DNA of 62,917 bases, filler included, from Folioceros fuciformis (Eukaryota), in NCBI GenBank assembly GCA_049999805.1. It is 10 parts of 10 records of this genome, joined end to end, with 100 filler letters (N's around TTAATTAATTAA, not from the genome) between each part and the next. Parts side by side here need not be neighbours in the genome. Positions count along the whole stretch, not along the records: positions 49,259 to 52,611 come from JBNGIO010001678.1; positions 52,712 to 55,863 come from JBNGIO010001680.1; positions 55,964 to 60,027 come from JBNGIO010001683.1; positions 60,128 to 62,917 come from JBNGIO010001684.1; 6 more parts are not named here. One strand, written 5' to 3'. Position 1 is the first letter of the stretch. Each line of letters begins with the position of its first letter. The notes beneath the pieces were generated by a model. The model saw nothing but the letters and a program-made list of their open reading frames with translations. It had not been told where the DNA came from and did no database searches. The translations under genes were made by a program, and so were the position numbers. Positions 50,258 to 62,917 of this stretch are shown here, piece by piece.

Positions 50258-52133
50258 TTACTGTACCTTTAGTGATGACACTGGCTGGAGCGTGTCACCT
50301 TTGGGATTGGTTGCACATGAGATCCTGTGTTGTCGACTTACAACAGTGGAATCACCGTCAGAGTCCACACCTGATCTGCGTTTGGATGTATCTCTTTGAT
50401 CTACAGGTCCCCCACTTGTGCCGTCTTGATGCTTCTCTCTTGTCTCGAACACACTTAGAGGCAAGGAATCCCGGAGCATGGCTTGAGCTTCAGCAATCAC
50501 TGTAGGACTGTCATCTGCAGCATACAGGATTCTCTGAACGGCTACGACAACCTGTGACAAACAGACAGACAAATTTTCACAACAACAAAACAAGAGGGTT
50601 GGAAGATTGTTATGCAAGCATGACAAACGATAGTAGAAAAACTGATGGGGTTCCCTACCGGTAAATGATCCAATTCTGGCGTTTGGCAGAGCATCTCTAT
50701 GTCTCTAAGCTTGGCGAAATAGAAGTCCCTCTCCTTTTCAGCGTTCTCCAAAGATAACTTCAGCTCCGTAACCTGATGCAGTCGCCACCCACTTCAGTAG
50801 CTGAGATTTAATTCCAATATCCTGCACACTGGACTGTCACTTGAACTCTGCATCCGCATCCCATCTCATCCCAGGGACCTTGCTTGCAAGTAGTCTGCAT
50901 GCTTACATGTTCATTGAGCATTTGGATCTCGGGAGAACTTGGCGTAGAGATGGTCATGCTCCTAGATCTTCCTGCAATTGCATTATCTGGATGAACAATT
51001 TCATGCTTCTTAGGCAGGCCAGGAAGTATCATACTTTGTTCCAGAAGAGCTCACCAGATCCATTGAAATGGGGCGTCTCAGCAGAACGAAGTGAGGAGGT
51101 TGAAGAAGATGGCCTTAAAGTTTGACCCCCAAGCTTGTGAGGTGTCTGTGACGATGCAGATATATGAGGAGGAGATAATGACGGCGTGAAACCATGCCCT
51201 GCATAATAAGGTGCTACTTTCCTATTCAGCTCCTTGCCACCCTTGCATGTTTCTCGCCGTTCCATAGGGTTGTAACTGGAGCCACATCACAAGAGCACTG
51301 CACATGTCACTGACAACATCTGTAATCCCACCACGATGTCCACAGGATGTTACACTGAGCACCGACCACCACGGAGTGTTGGTGCTCGAGGTCACCCGTC
51401 CCCAGAACGTGAAATCAAGAGCGTGCAATGAGAATGCAGCGCCTCACCTCGGGCTGAAAATACCGCCATTCACGGAATCGCAATAGCGCTTCAGCCATTG
51501 CAAAAACTCAAGATTGTCCAGAGGCCTACCCTTGATCAACTTATTAACTTCAATGTGCTGCGTCCAGAACAACAACAACAGCAGCACATAAGAGAGCTGC
51601 CCTTTCAGTTGGCACCAACCTGACTGCTCACTCCACACACAGCCCTTACCTTGGCAACCTTGAGCTTGGTAAAGACCTCCTGAAGCACCTTATAGTTCTG
51701 TATCATCTCATACTCGCTTCTGGCTTCAAAATTCACCTGAAACCAAAGAAGCCACCACTTCAACACACAACTTCCTCCTCAACCAGCACGCAACAACGTC
51801 AGCCACAAACAAGAGCCAACATACACCTTGTGCATCGGCACTACTCCAGGATGCGTTGCATCCATCAGCTGGCAATGTACTGCCCCTGGGTGCGCCTGCA
51901 AGAATCAAAAAGTTCGTTCAAAACACGACTCAAGTTTGCAGTCAGGTCAGATTAGCAAGAATCCCCAGCAATACAGAATCTCCTTCCCACACGACGAACT
52001 CAGGGTCACTGGAGTCAATCTATCCCCGCAAGGCCTGGATCACTACCTCTTCCACCTTCGTAAGGCAAAGCCATAGCGTGGAATTCACCCAGGCCAAAAT
52101 CTCGTTCCTGCCAACGAAGTAAGCACCGTCCAT
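50258..52133 (-). CDS. EB1: Microtubule end-binding protein EB1 (RP/EB family)
   Basis: [61 protein letters not shown] and [15 protein letters not shown]. Both ends approximate. Confidence 0.94.
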
Positions 52134-53729
52134 TTCTGCCCGCTCGTTCCACTCCTACCCAACACTAAATCCTTCAGCCCCACAATCCTCCTCGCTCCGC
52201 AACGTGATCTCACATCCCAGGCCGCACCCAGGGCCCGAAATCCCAGCAGCGCAACAACGCCGCCGGATCCACACGGAACGGCAACACAACATCCATGCAC
52301 ACTGCCCGAGGCCCAAGAAGGTCGGCCAGCACAACAGGCACAGATCTGGGGATTGCGGCAGGTGGGTCAGGCCAACTGCGTGAGCCCCGCAGGAAAGCGA
52401 TGGGAATGATGGGCACAGTAAGCAGTCGAGCGTGGTGATGGCGAGGCGCTGAGATTAAGTCGGCAATGGCCTGTCCTTCCCAGATTCAGGAAACACAGCA
52501 TGTGAGGCGAACATGGAGACCATTTGTACTTTTTCACCTCCCTGCCTGTAATTCGCGGCCTGATGAGGGCGGGGCGGTCCCACCACGACCTTCACGACCT
52601 ACACCAAATCCNNNNNNNNNNNNNNNNNNNNNNNNNNNNNNNNNNNNNNNNNNNNTTAATTAATTAANNNNNNNNNNNNNNNNNNNNNNNNNNNNNNNNN
52701 NNNNNNNNNNNCCTCACAAGAGGAGATATCTAAGTCAATTCATGTGAAGTAGCTACTCATCTTAGTTGCTAGCATTCCTCAGCCTCTTATTTATGACCAA
52801 GTTGTGAGCTACTATTGATTATGTCAAGGTCAGCATTGAAGTAGAGGAGTCTTGGTCTCCAACCTTTAGGAGGGAAAAAGCGATCCATGCTTTTGACAAA
52901 TGGTGAATTTGCATATTTTGATAAATTAGTAAGGAAAATGAAACATGCAAATGTAATCACTAAAATGAAAAACATGGAAGACATGGTTCAGGAACATGAA
53001 TTTGTGGTCACACAACAAAGAAAAATAGAATATTTAGCTTAATGCTAAGAAATGAGTGTTAATCTTTGGCAATCTGTTGTTGTCAACAAGTGTGATGGTT
53101 CTATGTATATACCCCGTTCGGAGCTCCGTAGTTAAGTGCCCTTGGGACATGCCCTTAGGATGGATCAATATTGGAATGGGAAACATGTTAAGCTAACGTT
53201 TTGTGCCCAAGTCAAAAAAAAAAATCAGACACATGGGGGTTTCTATCATAAGATGCCTCAAACGTATAGGGCGCCACATCCAAAACCCTGAATGTCCAAG
53301 GCCTTAGGCACAAAAAATACCCTAGATGTCTGAGTTTTTTTCTCCCTTGTCATTAAAAATCAAGACATCCAGGCTAAAGGGCACTAAATCCCTAATCCTC
53401 ATGACTCTAAAGGTGCAAAAAGACTTGTAAGTCTATAATGTCTATAATGTAACCATCTACTAGGTTTTAATACTTGCTTGTTGGATTTAAGAGAACTCTT
53501 AATCACTAGCAAAGTTGGAGGTGTATTGAATGTTTGGGCACGTACACTATTGTTAAAGGTTTTCAATGAGAAGGTTCTGGTTGTCCAATGAATGCCACCT
53601 TTCGCTAACATTTAGATCCATGCTCTTAGGAATGGTGACGATAATGATTGTGGTTGTGGGTTTGCGACATTGACAATAGTCTGTATAGTTATTTGTGAAT
53701 TTTTACATTCAAAACAACATCTTGTTAAG

Positions 53730-55863
53730 TGTTGCGCACCCAGAGGCAAAGTCCACACCGTAGATCACGTTCGTTGGCGAAGAAAGGCAAACTAACCAAA
53801 AGCCCGGGCACTGAACTACGCCAGAGCGATGACCGGACTCACAGAATCCCTTGGGGAGCCTTGTCGGGCCTGCAATCGTGTTGCACAGTTCGGAAGGATG
53901 AGGATGATGGAGACGGGGCAAGGCGCAAATGGTAAGCAGAGGTAGGGGGTGCGAGGTGGGAACACGACGTGGCAAATGCTCGTAGGGATGCTCTGGTCTG
54001 GGTGCTTACCACGAGGCGTTCCTGACTGGTCGTTGCAACAAGGCTTACCGGGTTTGTCCCTCGAACGTTGGAGTCATTCCACAATCTCTCACAAGGGCTA
54101 CAGACTCGATCATCGAACGGGAGAGTGTGAATGCTTGGTATCCAGTGGAGAGCGAGGGCCCCTCGACAACAAAAGTCCGGGGACACACTCCAGAGATGGT
54201 GGGCGAGCGGGGGAAGATGGAGAAGGGCAAAAGAGACTAGACACGAGCTTAGCACAATCCGAGGCTCATGCTATGATAGCAGGTATGTCCTTTATAGCAA
54301 AAGTGGGCTCCTAGCCCGAGAGACAACTATAAACGCAAAATTATCCTAAGACTTGGGTAGGCTAGTCCTACCAAACAACAGCTGGCTCATCTTAATGAGC
54401 CGACGGTGGAGTGGGCAATATGGGGTTGGAGGAGGAATTCGCGGGAGGTCTTCGTGTCAGTGAGGCGGGTCGCGGAGAAGATTCTGCCCCTCAAATCGCT
54501 ATTGGCAAATAGGTAGAGCCGGCTTGAGGAGAATGGACCAATAGCTGGAGGTCTGGTGAGTAAGGTCCGGCGACGGGGTGGTCAGGACTGCTCGGAGCCG
54601 TCTGTCTGCCCATAGGTGTTGGTCCTGTCAACACCGCCTACGCCATTTCGGTCAGGACCTGGAGTACCTCCCAAGAGAAGAAGGCGTGACTGTCATCTAA
54701 CTACTGGTTGGCGTCAACTACCATCCTCCAGAGCATCATGTACTCCGATCGCCATCGCACCTCCGGGAGTTCAGCGTGTTGGGCCACGACGGTGTTGACG
54801 TGCCGAAGGAGTTCTTCCAAGGCGGCAGAGGTGCCTATTGCCAATTCCCAAAGACGAAGAGCTGGCACAGCTTCAGTCTAAGCCTGAAGCAGGGTGACCT
54901 CACGCTAGTCCTCCTACACCTCGTAGTTAGCCAGCTGCGTTTGCAACTCCTAGGCCTTGCTCCGGAAGCCGGTCTCTCGGTTGACGAGTTGCTTCCGCTC
55001 CTGCTCCCAGACTCCTCCATGACTCTGCTTGGTCTCGCGAGTATGGATTAGCTCCGTCTTCAAGGTGTGGACCTCATGATGGCTAGCCTTTTCTGCCACC
55101 TGCGAAGTCCGCAGTTTGGCACGCATCTCCTCCACTTGCTGAACGACCTTTGTCAGCTTTCGAGAGGCCTCCTTCTCCGACTCGGGGGCCCGATTGCACT
55201 CCTTTCGATACCGATCCCTATCCGACATATGTTGTTGACAGGCAGCCAAGGAGTCCAAGTCCCGTTTCCTCCACGCCTATCGCTCCTCAGCATGGATGGC
55301 CTCCATCTCGGAGTGCGTCCTCTCTAGCTCCCCTTGAGTGGCTCCGAGTTGGTTCTCCAGGTCCGTATGTCAGCTAGCGAGTTGGACCTTGAGGTTCGTT
55401 AGTTCTCCCAAGTAGCCGTCCGGCTCTTCTCGGTACCTGGCTCACTCCTCCAACAGCTCGATGCTATGTCCAACTGCTTTCTCTCTTAAGTCGAATAATT
55501 GAGTAGCCAGCTCAGTCATCCTCCTCTGGAGGACGATGTTTTTGCCCTCCCGTGTCGCCATCTGTTCAAAGAACCATGCAAGTCCTTCTACCACACTAGC
55601 CACAATTCTTTGGGTTGCTTATGTGGCTCCCTCCGAGGTCACTCTAGTGTAAAACCGATAGTTGGGAGGTAGCTTGGCCCTCCCAAAGGATATCCAGGAC
55701 CGACCTCCTCGTGGGCTCTGGGTTCATGATTCCTCCGTCGATCAAATCCTCCAAGTCTACTGATCGCAGGAGAGCTCTTTGGCGGTCATCTTCCTCCTAG
55801 GCCGGAGTAGGAGCCGATCAAGGAGCCGGAGGTAGGATCACTACGGTGGGAGGTGGACAGGGT
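53730..55863 (-). mobile_element. Probable degenerate retroelement segment (LTR-like tract plus decayed coiled-coil ORF)
   Basis: TGTTG at 53730 and CAACA at 54376-54380 bound a non-coding tract. A decayed coiled-coil frame lies at about 55562-54950. No pol motif is visible. Confidence 0.3.
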
Positions 55864-58800
55864 NNNNNNNNNNNNNNNNNNNNNNNNNNNNNNNNNNNNN
55901 NNNNNNNTTAATTAATTAANNNNNNNNNNNNNNNNNNNNNNNNNNNNNNNNNNNNNNNNNNNNGCTCCTGATTTTTGCATACACTCCGAAAAGGCTGCCA
56001 AAATCATCCATCCACGGACCATACAGGAGTTAGTATACAGCATACAGCTGGTATCTAATGATGACCACGGAACAACCTGCTTTTCAAGACTTCAAAACTT
56101 CAAGGACAAACTTGAAGGGGGTGGGGTGTGTTGGTACCAGAAAACATATCCTCAAGTCGTGCTGTGTACTCGGCCGGTAGCATCATCTGTTGCTCTGTTG
56201 TATGTACAGCCTCGGTCTCGGAATCGATCGCCATGGTTTTGGAGGATGGGAACGCCATGCGCGCCTCACGCTGACCTTTGTACGCTGCTCCTTGGGGTAG
56301 GCTGATTTTTGTAAGGCACTTCCTAGTCCTCCACAAGACCTTTCGCGTGATTGTAATCTCTGGAGCTATCAAAGTATTGAATCTAGATAAATGCTTTATG
56401 TTAGAAAGGGCCGTGGCAACCACATATATAGCCTTCGCCGACACATGATAAGAGCCATTGATCCTCGGAAATCATCTCTGCAGTCTCGATGTTTCTATCC
56501 TTGCAGCTCGAGCACCTCGTCTCCAAGACGCATACGCGTAGTGACCCAGAGGTTTTAGTCAGCTCATAGCCTCCATCCCCATACCATAAAGCTTGTTTTG
56601 CGCCTCAATGATGCTCATAAGGCCTTTCCCGATGCCATCTTCGTCTATCAAGCTCTTCGAAATCCATTTCAGTCCACTAGCTTAGGGTGCTCAAACGAGC
56701 CCATGGTGAAGGATCGCAGCGTAGCGCTTTTTCCATGCCTCCAAGAGGAACATACCATTTATTTGAAGTATAAAACAATAGAGATCATAGCGCTGTGCCC
56801 TGACATTCCCTTCTTTTCTTCAAGCTTACGGATTGACACCTACTTGGGAGGGACAACATGAGGCTGTGCGCGAAGAAGCGAATCACATCACTCCCTCTCT
56901 TCAAGGATCGAAGGATATCCACCTGGGAGATCATTGGGACTGCACCTTCAAACGTCCTTGGGTGGGTGCTTTACTCCAAGCTTGATTATTGGAGTAAGCA
57001 CTCAAAATGCCAATCTTCACTGGAGTTGGAGTAGGGCCCAGCCGACTAATCACCGGCCCCAGAATTCATGCCTATGCCATGTTCGAGTTGTCAGCGCAGG
57101 AGGCGTGTAGAACGACGTTGTGGGGTCACGCGATTTCCTTGCGAAAACGCTGATAGAGTGCGACGTGAATCTACGGAATCTTTCCAAGTATCTTCTTCAC
57201 TGTCGAAAGGGCACATTTTACACAAGCTTATCACTGGCCATTTCACGACACGGGTAGCTAACCAAGTGTGCTGTGCTCAGCTGCAGCTTATCGAAAAGGT
57301 GTCAGCCGTAGTAAAGGGCCAAGAAGGTTGCAGCGCATCTCTACTACAGATTGAAGCTCGGGGGCTGAGGCCGACGGATCACGTCATTATCTTGGATCTT
57401 ATGGTGAGGGTGAGAGGGACCATTCTTGGCAACGGCGCGGGTATTCTTAATATGGACTCCTTCCTACGCTACAATCGTCGCTGCCCTACTCCCACTGATG
57501 CCGATGACCATCTCGATACGGAGAATTACGCTGCCTGCGCAGCAGAAATTGAAGAGGGACTGCGGATGCTGAAGGCGAGAGAGTACGATAACCTCCCAGA
57601 TGACGGCATTTTCGATGTGCACCGAGATCAGGGCTTCCACCAGGAACGCATCTCCACCGGGGCCAGGCTCTCCGTTAATTTTGTAGTTCGTCATTGTTGG
57701 GTGCAACAATAGTGCTGATATGCTTTGCACCATCAGCAACTGTCCTTCCATGCAGTAATCGACTCGGCCATGAGCGACCTGTCTGTTGGCGACGAGCCTA
57801 CGGGTCCTGAAGCCGCACTACTTTTGTGAGAACCGGATGCGCGGAAGATTTCGCGCGCCAGCGAGTCTGCAACAGAGCTTGACAAATGCAGCAGTGACGG
57901 TGGACGGAGTAACGAAAGGTGTGGAAACACAGGCTAATCGACGGGCCGCCGTCAATCGGCAAGTCTTCGGTGTCCATGAGCTACGGTTCAAGGCCGATTG
58001 TTCTATGATGAGGATTGCGCTTTGCTGAGATGGCATCCTGACATGGGAGATTGTGAACCAGGCCTGCGCAACCCTCCTGCTCTTTGTCCTAGTGCAAAGT
58101 CGAGCTGGCGACCCAACGCGGGAGTCGTGCTGTCGATCTACGCGTCTCCCTGGTACCTTTCTTCATAAAGTCAGGGTCGGTGGCTACGCTGGATCAAGAG
58201 GACACGAGAAGCGGTGAAAATAGATGCCTGAAATCCTAACTTCGGCCCTGGCTAGGTTGAATTCCTCAAGAATGAATGGCTGCTTCACTTAATATGGAGG
58301 AAACGGGGTGGGGCCATGGCAAATGGATCTCACCTTCTTGCAGCCATCATCCCACTACTGGTTGGGATTCGATAGCCCACAGTCACTAACACGGGTGCTG
58401 GCACCACAACCCAGCGAAGACAAGACAAAATACATGTTGCATATTGTGTAGGGTAAGGTTGCATATTTCCGTACCCACATACATATGCCCTAGTCAATAT
58501 CTCAAGCCCTTGGAAAAATGACCCATGGGCCGCCCGGGCCCTAACCCTACTGTGGAGTGAAATGTTGTGTTTGGGGACCCCTCGAGGTCCACACTTATAC
58601 TCTATGTCGTTGTAGTCATGGGATTCACTCCTAAGAGAATGAGTCCACGCTTATCCTCTATGTTGTTGTAGCCATGGGATTCGTTCCCAAGGGAATAATT
58701 TGTGCCAAATAACGTAGACTCCTTCTATTTCTGGCTCTTGCCTAGGTCAGGGTTCACCCACTACTGTTCTCACTTCTTAATAGCTCAACTACCCCTACCC

Positions 58801-60127
58801 TCAGGTAACCCAGCGACTGCAATTCCTATTCCATGACCCCGATTTCTACTCCACGACCACAGTCATTAGCTCTGCGACCGGTAATGACCCCCACTACCAT
58901 GGTGGGTCCCACCATGAACCCTAACTAGTGTCCCGGCGCATGCACGCCCACAGTTTCCACCCCGGGTTCTTGCCCCGAGCTCCTTGACTGGTCTTATGGA
59001 GTGCTAACCACACATGCATAGGCCAACCCTTGGAAGGAAAAAAAACCCACTGGTTAGCCACACTCCCTCACACCACGAGCATTACTCACACGCACACACA
59101 TCGGAACTCTGATGCACAATCGTTCCCTCAGGTTGAGCTCCAAATGCTTCCAGCAGCCACAAATCCCTAGCAGTCTCCCAGCTACTTCCCACAATCTTCC
59201 TCAAAAATCTTCCACAAATCACACCCCAGTTCAACAGTCTTTCACAACCATCCAGCAAATTCTCAACAGTTTCCTTTAGTTCTCCAGCAGTCACTTAGTG
59301 AGCTCTTTTATGTTAGTCGCAGTTAGTTCTTCTCCTCTTCTCTCACACACTCTCTTCAACACCTCGTCTACACTCTCTTCAACACCAGATTCGAAACGCA
59401 GCCAATAGCTCAGGGAATAAGGGAAGGAGAAGCTCCCCTTTCACACCGTGCAACTGGCGGATTCGTCCCCCTCCTTCAACTGCGGACCACAGTCGGCCGT
59501 TTAAGGGATAAGGGAATGAGCAGTTCTTCTTCCACTCAGTGCGGTGGGCTGATTCATCCCCTTCACCACCGCTGCGGAACACAACTAGCGATTCAGGGAA
59601 TAAGGGAAGGTGACCTTCCACTCAATAGGGAATTTGCTGATTTGTTCCCCTCATGACCAGCTACGGAGCAAAGGCTCTCGACCACCCCTAGGAGCGTCGC
59701 GCACACACTACCCACCCAGACACCTCCAATCCAGCCATGGTCAGCGCAGGGATCTCAACCGGGAGTTGTCTCTAACATTCGCTGATTATCGAGACCCAAT
59801 AGGCTCTTTGTACAACGCGTCCAGGGCGAAGTCGCAGCCGCTATTAAGTCTAGTCTAAGCAGTCAAGTGCTCTTAATTCCGAGCGGCGTTAGGTCCAAGA
59901 AAACATCTTCACCGGATCTTAACTAAATACTATTTTAAGATGCAATAAATTTTGGCCTATCTTATCACCGCGCTTGCCTCCTATCTAGCCTTTGTGTTCT
60001 CCTTCCCCGGCCGCCAAATCCTCGGGCNNNNNNNNNNNNNNNNNNNNNNNNNNNNNNNNNNNNNNNNNNNNTTAATTAATTAANNNNNNNNNNNNNNNNN
60101 NNNNNNNNNNNNNNNNNNNNNNNNNNN

Positions 60128-60320
60128 GGACAACGCCGGTAGCCGAAGGGGCTACCGGTAGTCGAGCGACAACGGAGGTAGCCGAAGGGGCTACCGGTAG
60201 TCGAGCGACAATGGAGGTAGCCGAAGGGACAACGCCGGTAGCCGAAGGGGCTACTGGTAGTCGAGCGACAACGGAGGTAGTCGAAGGGACAACGCCAATT
60301 GCCGAAGGGAGACAACGGTT
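60128..60320. repeat. Compound tandem repeat of 39- and 21-bp related units
   Basis: Recurrent ggtagccgaagggg-ctaccggtagtcgagcgacaacgga and ggtagccgaagggacaacgcc. Confidence 0.88.
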
Positions 60321-60619
60321 GCTGAAACCCTACCTACACCAGGAGGCCTGGAATAGCAATAATTGCAGCCAGAGTGACAGGAGGCAACCAGCATCCTTGG
60401 AGGGCAGAGAGTGGACAGCCAGGATGGGTCAGCCAGTAATAGGAGTGAGGAAGGATTTACCCAATCAGCAGCAAGGAGGGAGAGCCTGAAGATTTTGTGT
60501 GGCAGGGGAAAGTAGGCCAGAAGAATAAATAGGAAGAGAGAGAGTGGCGTTGAGGTAAAGCCAAGAGTGGTTGCATCTAAAAATAGTATTTAGATAAGAT
60601 TTGGTAAGATGCTATTCTG

Positions 60620-61712
60620 ACCTGGTGCCGCCTGCAACTAAATGGATCCGTTTGCAAAGATGTCAACCACCCGATACGGCCCCATCCACCTTAGATGCAA
60701 TTTCCCAAGAAAATGCATGTACTTGTTGTCATACAGCAGGGCCAAGTCCTCGGGTGTCACCCACTCCTGCTTCCTCCACTTGTGGTCATGCCACTCCTTC
60801 CGTTTCACCTGCATCTTCTGCATACCTTCCACTGCATGCTCCCTGCTTTCAGTGTATCTTACGAAACTGACCAGTCGTTCCAGCTCACTCTCCTCCACAG
60901 ACATGCGCTTTTCCCTCTGAATACTCAAAGTTGGAACTTCAAATTCCATTGGCATCATTGGATAATGCCCATAGTTGAGGTAATAAGGCGTCTTCTACGT
61001 GGTGATCCTCTTCACCGTCCAGTATGCCCATATTGCCAAATAAAGCTTGAGATCCCAGTTGTGAGCATATTCCACTGTGAGTTTGTTAAGAATCTGGCAC
61101 AAGAGTCCATTCGCCTTCTCCGTCAGTCCGTTGGCTTTCGGGTTGTAAGAGGTCGTCCTTCGGTGTCGCACATTAAAGTACTCAGTCAGATGGGAAATGA
61201 CTTCGTTCTCAAAGTGTGTACCTCGGTCACTTACCAGTTCTAAGGGACATCCATGGCGGGTGATCATCTACTCGAACAGAAACTTGGCCATCACATGGGC
61301 TGTATCTACCTGAAGAGGTTGTGCTTCCACCATGCGAGTATAGTAGTCTGTGGCCATGAGTATGTACTGGTTTTGTCGAATCCTTGTTTTTGGCTGGATA
61401 GGCCCCATGAATTCGATCCCCCATTTCTCAAACGGAGCCAAAGCGAGAATCGGGACCAAAGGCCACTGAGTGGTAGCAATTGGTTTACCAAACCTCTGAC
61501 ACGCATCGCATCTCTTGATAAATTCCCTGTTGTCCTTGTGCATAGTTGGCCACCAATATCTAGTTTCCAAAATCTTCCTACAAGTGATATGCGCAGCAAA
61601 GTGTCCTCCAGCCTCTTCCTCATGCAACCCTGCCAGCACTCAATCGATTCTTCCCTCCATTACCCACAGCCTTTCTCTTCCATCTGGCCCTACTCGATAC
61701 AAATTGTTTTTA
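60620..61712 (-). mobile_element. Degenerate Ty3/Gypsy integrase
   Basis: HEEEAGGHF..YWWPTM..CDACQR zinc finger, PFEKWGIEFMGP, ATDYYTR, LVSDRGTHF, YNPKANGLTEKAN and GKLHLRWMGPY. Confidence 0.92.
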
Positions 61713-61992
61713 TTACGGATGAATGGTGAAGTATGTAATACCGCATATAAGCGTGCAAATTTAACTTTTGAGATAGCTTCCATTATGGAGCAAACTCAAC
61801 AGAAGCTTAGATTAATAATCGCACAGGCAGATGAAAAACCTCAACGAAAACAAGTATTGGAAACTTTTGATGAGAATGAGCGAACGAATAGACTTGAAAC
61901 GATATATTGGTTTGGAGGAAGTTGTGTGCAAGAAAAGAAGACGGTGAGAAAGAACTTAGGCAATTGATTTGAATGATAAGGTGAAATAGGCC

Positions 61993-62328
61993 TTTGGTTT
62001 TAGATGCCGATAATCCTCTTATTAGAACGAATATTATAGAAGATAGCACTTTGGTTTTAGAAGCCGATAATCCTCTTATTAGAACAGATATTAAAGAAGA
62101 TAGCACTTTTTTGATCGAGTTTATACTTTTTCGTTTAAGAAAATTATGATCCATTGTTTTGGTTTTAGAAGGTGATAAGACATTAGTGATCACAACTTTA
62201 CGGTTTTTTTGGTTTGATGAAAAGTAGGTTTTACTCTTGGAAAGAAGAAATCCAAACGCTATGCATAATGGTTTGATGAACAGTAAGTTTTTACTCTTGG
62301 AAGGAAGAAATCCAAAGGCTATGCATAA
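61993..62328. repeat. AT-rich tandem duplications (57 bp x2 plus a partial copy; 59 bp x2)
   Basis: 57-bp units start at 61993 and 62050 with a partial copy near 62158. 59-bp units start at 62211 and 62270. Confidence 0.85.
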
Positions 62329-62917
62329 GCCTCAAATAGGCATACAATGAAGTAGTGGAATAGTAGCAAATAAGTCTGAACATAAATCGTAGCGTAAGCT
62401 AGAATATAATCGTATCGTAACATAAATTGTAAGCATGGTGAATAGACCGTAAGGATGGTGGATAGACTGAAAGCGGTGGATAGATTCTACCGGAAAATTC
62501 CAAGGCCCGGAGTTCGAGACACGAATGGGTTTAAACTCCCTGAGCCGCGGGTCTTCCGGGGGGCCCACGCTACGGTAGCTTGGCCTTTTGCAAGCTGGCC
62601 CATGGTAGAGCGGCGCGTTTGCGTTCTACCCATTGGGGAGCGAGGTCGGGTACCATCCGACGGCCAAGGCGTGCTCAAACAAGGTACAGTACGGTGGGAA
62701 GGACCTGAACACCAACTTACACCGTCGGCCGGCTGAACGCGTCCGGCTCTAAGAGTGCCTTTATAAACACTCGAAGCAAGGCCTTTCAGCGGCAGTATGC
62801 ACCAGGTAGTGGCGCACCTGTACCCTCCTCTGCTTGCTCGTAGACGCAGCCGTTGCGCGTCCCCGAGTTCTGTTGAAGGTGGCCGCTTCCCCTTCGATAG
62901 CACTGCGTGAAACAGCC

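Noticed and set aside
57590-57712. 2OG-Fe(II)/AlkB-like dioxygenase (HRD..H..R.S)
   Set aside because: The distal His lies only 4 residues after HxD, which does not fit the double-stranded beta-helix spacing.
62330-62917. Organelle-derived insertion or group II intron fragment
   Set aside because: There is an abrupt compositional change, but I could not identify a canonical domain V or an organellar gene. BLASTn to organelle genomes would decide.

Overview
Eukaryotic land-plant nuclear DNA. It is probably a non-seed plant and most fern-like; this is inferred from the Copia/PPR sequence style and the short GT-AG introns. The window is not one locus: ten separate contigs are joined by nine identical 100-bp artificial linkers (N44-TTAATTAATTAA-N44), so adjacency across linkers is meaningless. 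The gene-dense contigs carry a legumin-like cupin, an STK16/NAK kinase, tRNA-Gln(UUG), a PGAP1-like hydrolase, a FAD monooxygenase, an IscA2-like protein, HDA8, an MTM1-like carrier, SGT1, RBM48, LTD/GDC1, succinyl-CoA ligase beta, a GEX2-like filamin-repeat protein, CLC-f and EB1. The repeat-rich contigs carry decayed Copia and Gypsy fragments, a PPR fragment, a TIR element and tandem repeats. Three observations stand out. (1) A decayed but fully reconstructable prokaryote/phage-type beta-class N4/N6 DNA methyltransferase (23765-24980, minus) sits between a broken Copia element and a palindrome-rich element. (2) An intact, spliced MYND + DUF4470 gene has fungal-looking motifs. (3) An intron-containing group II PLP decarboxylase has a bacterial-type N-terminus. 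All family assignments come from recognising motifs by eye, not from database searches. Exon boundaries are manual.
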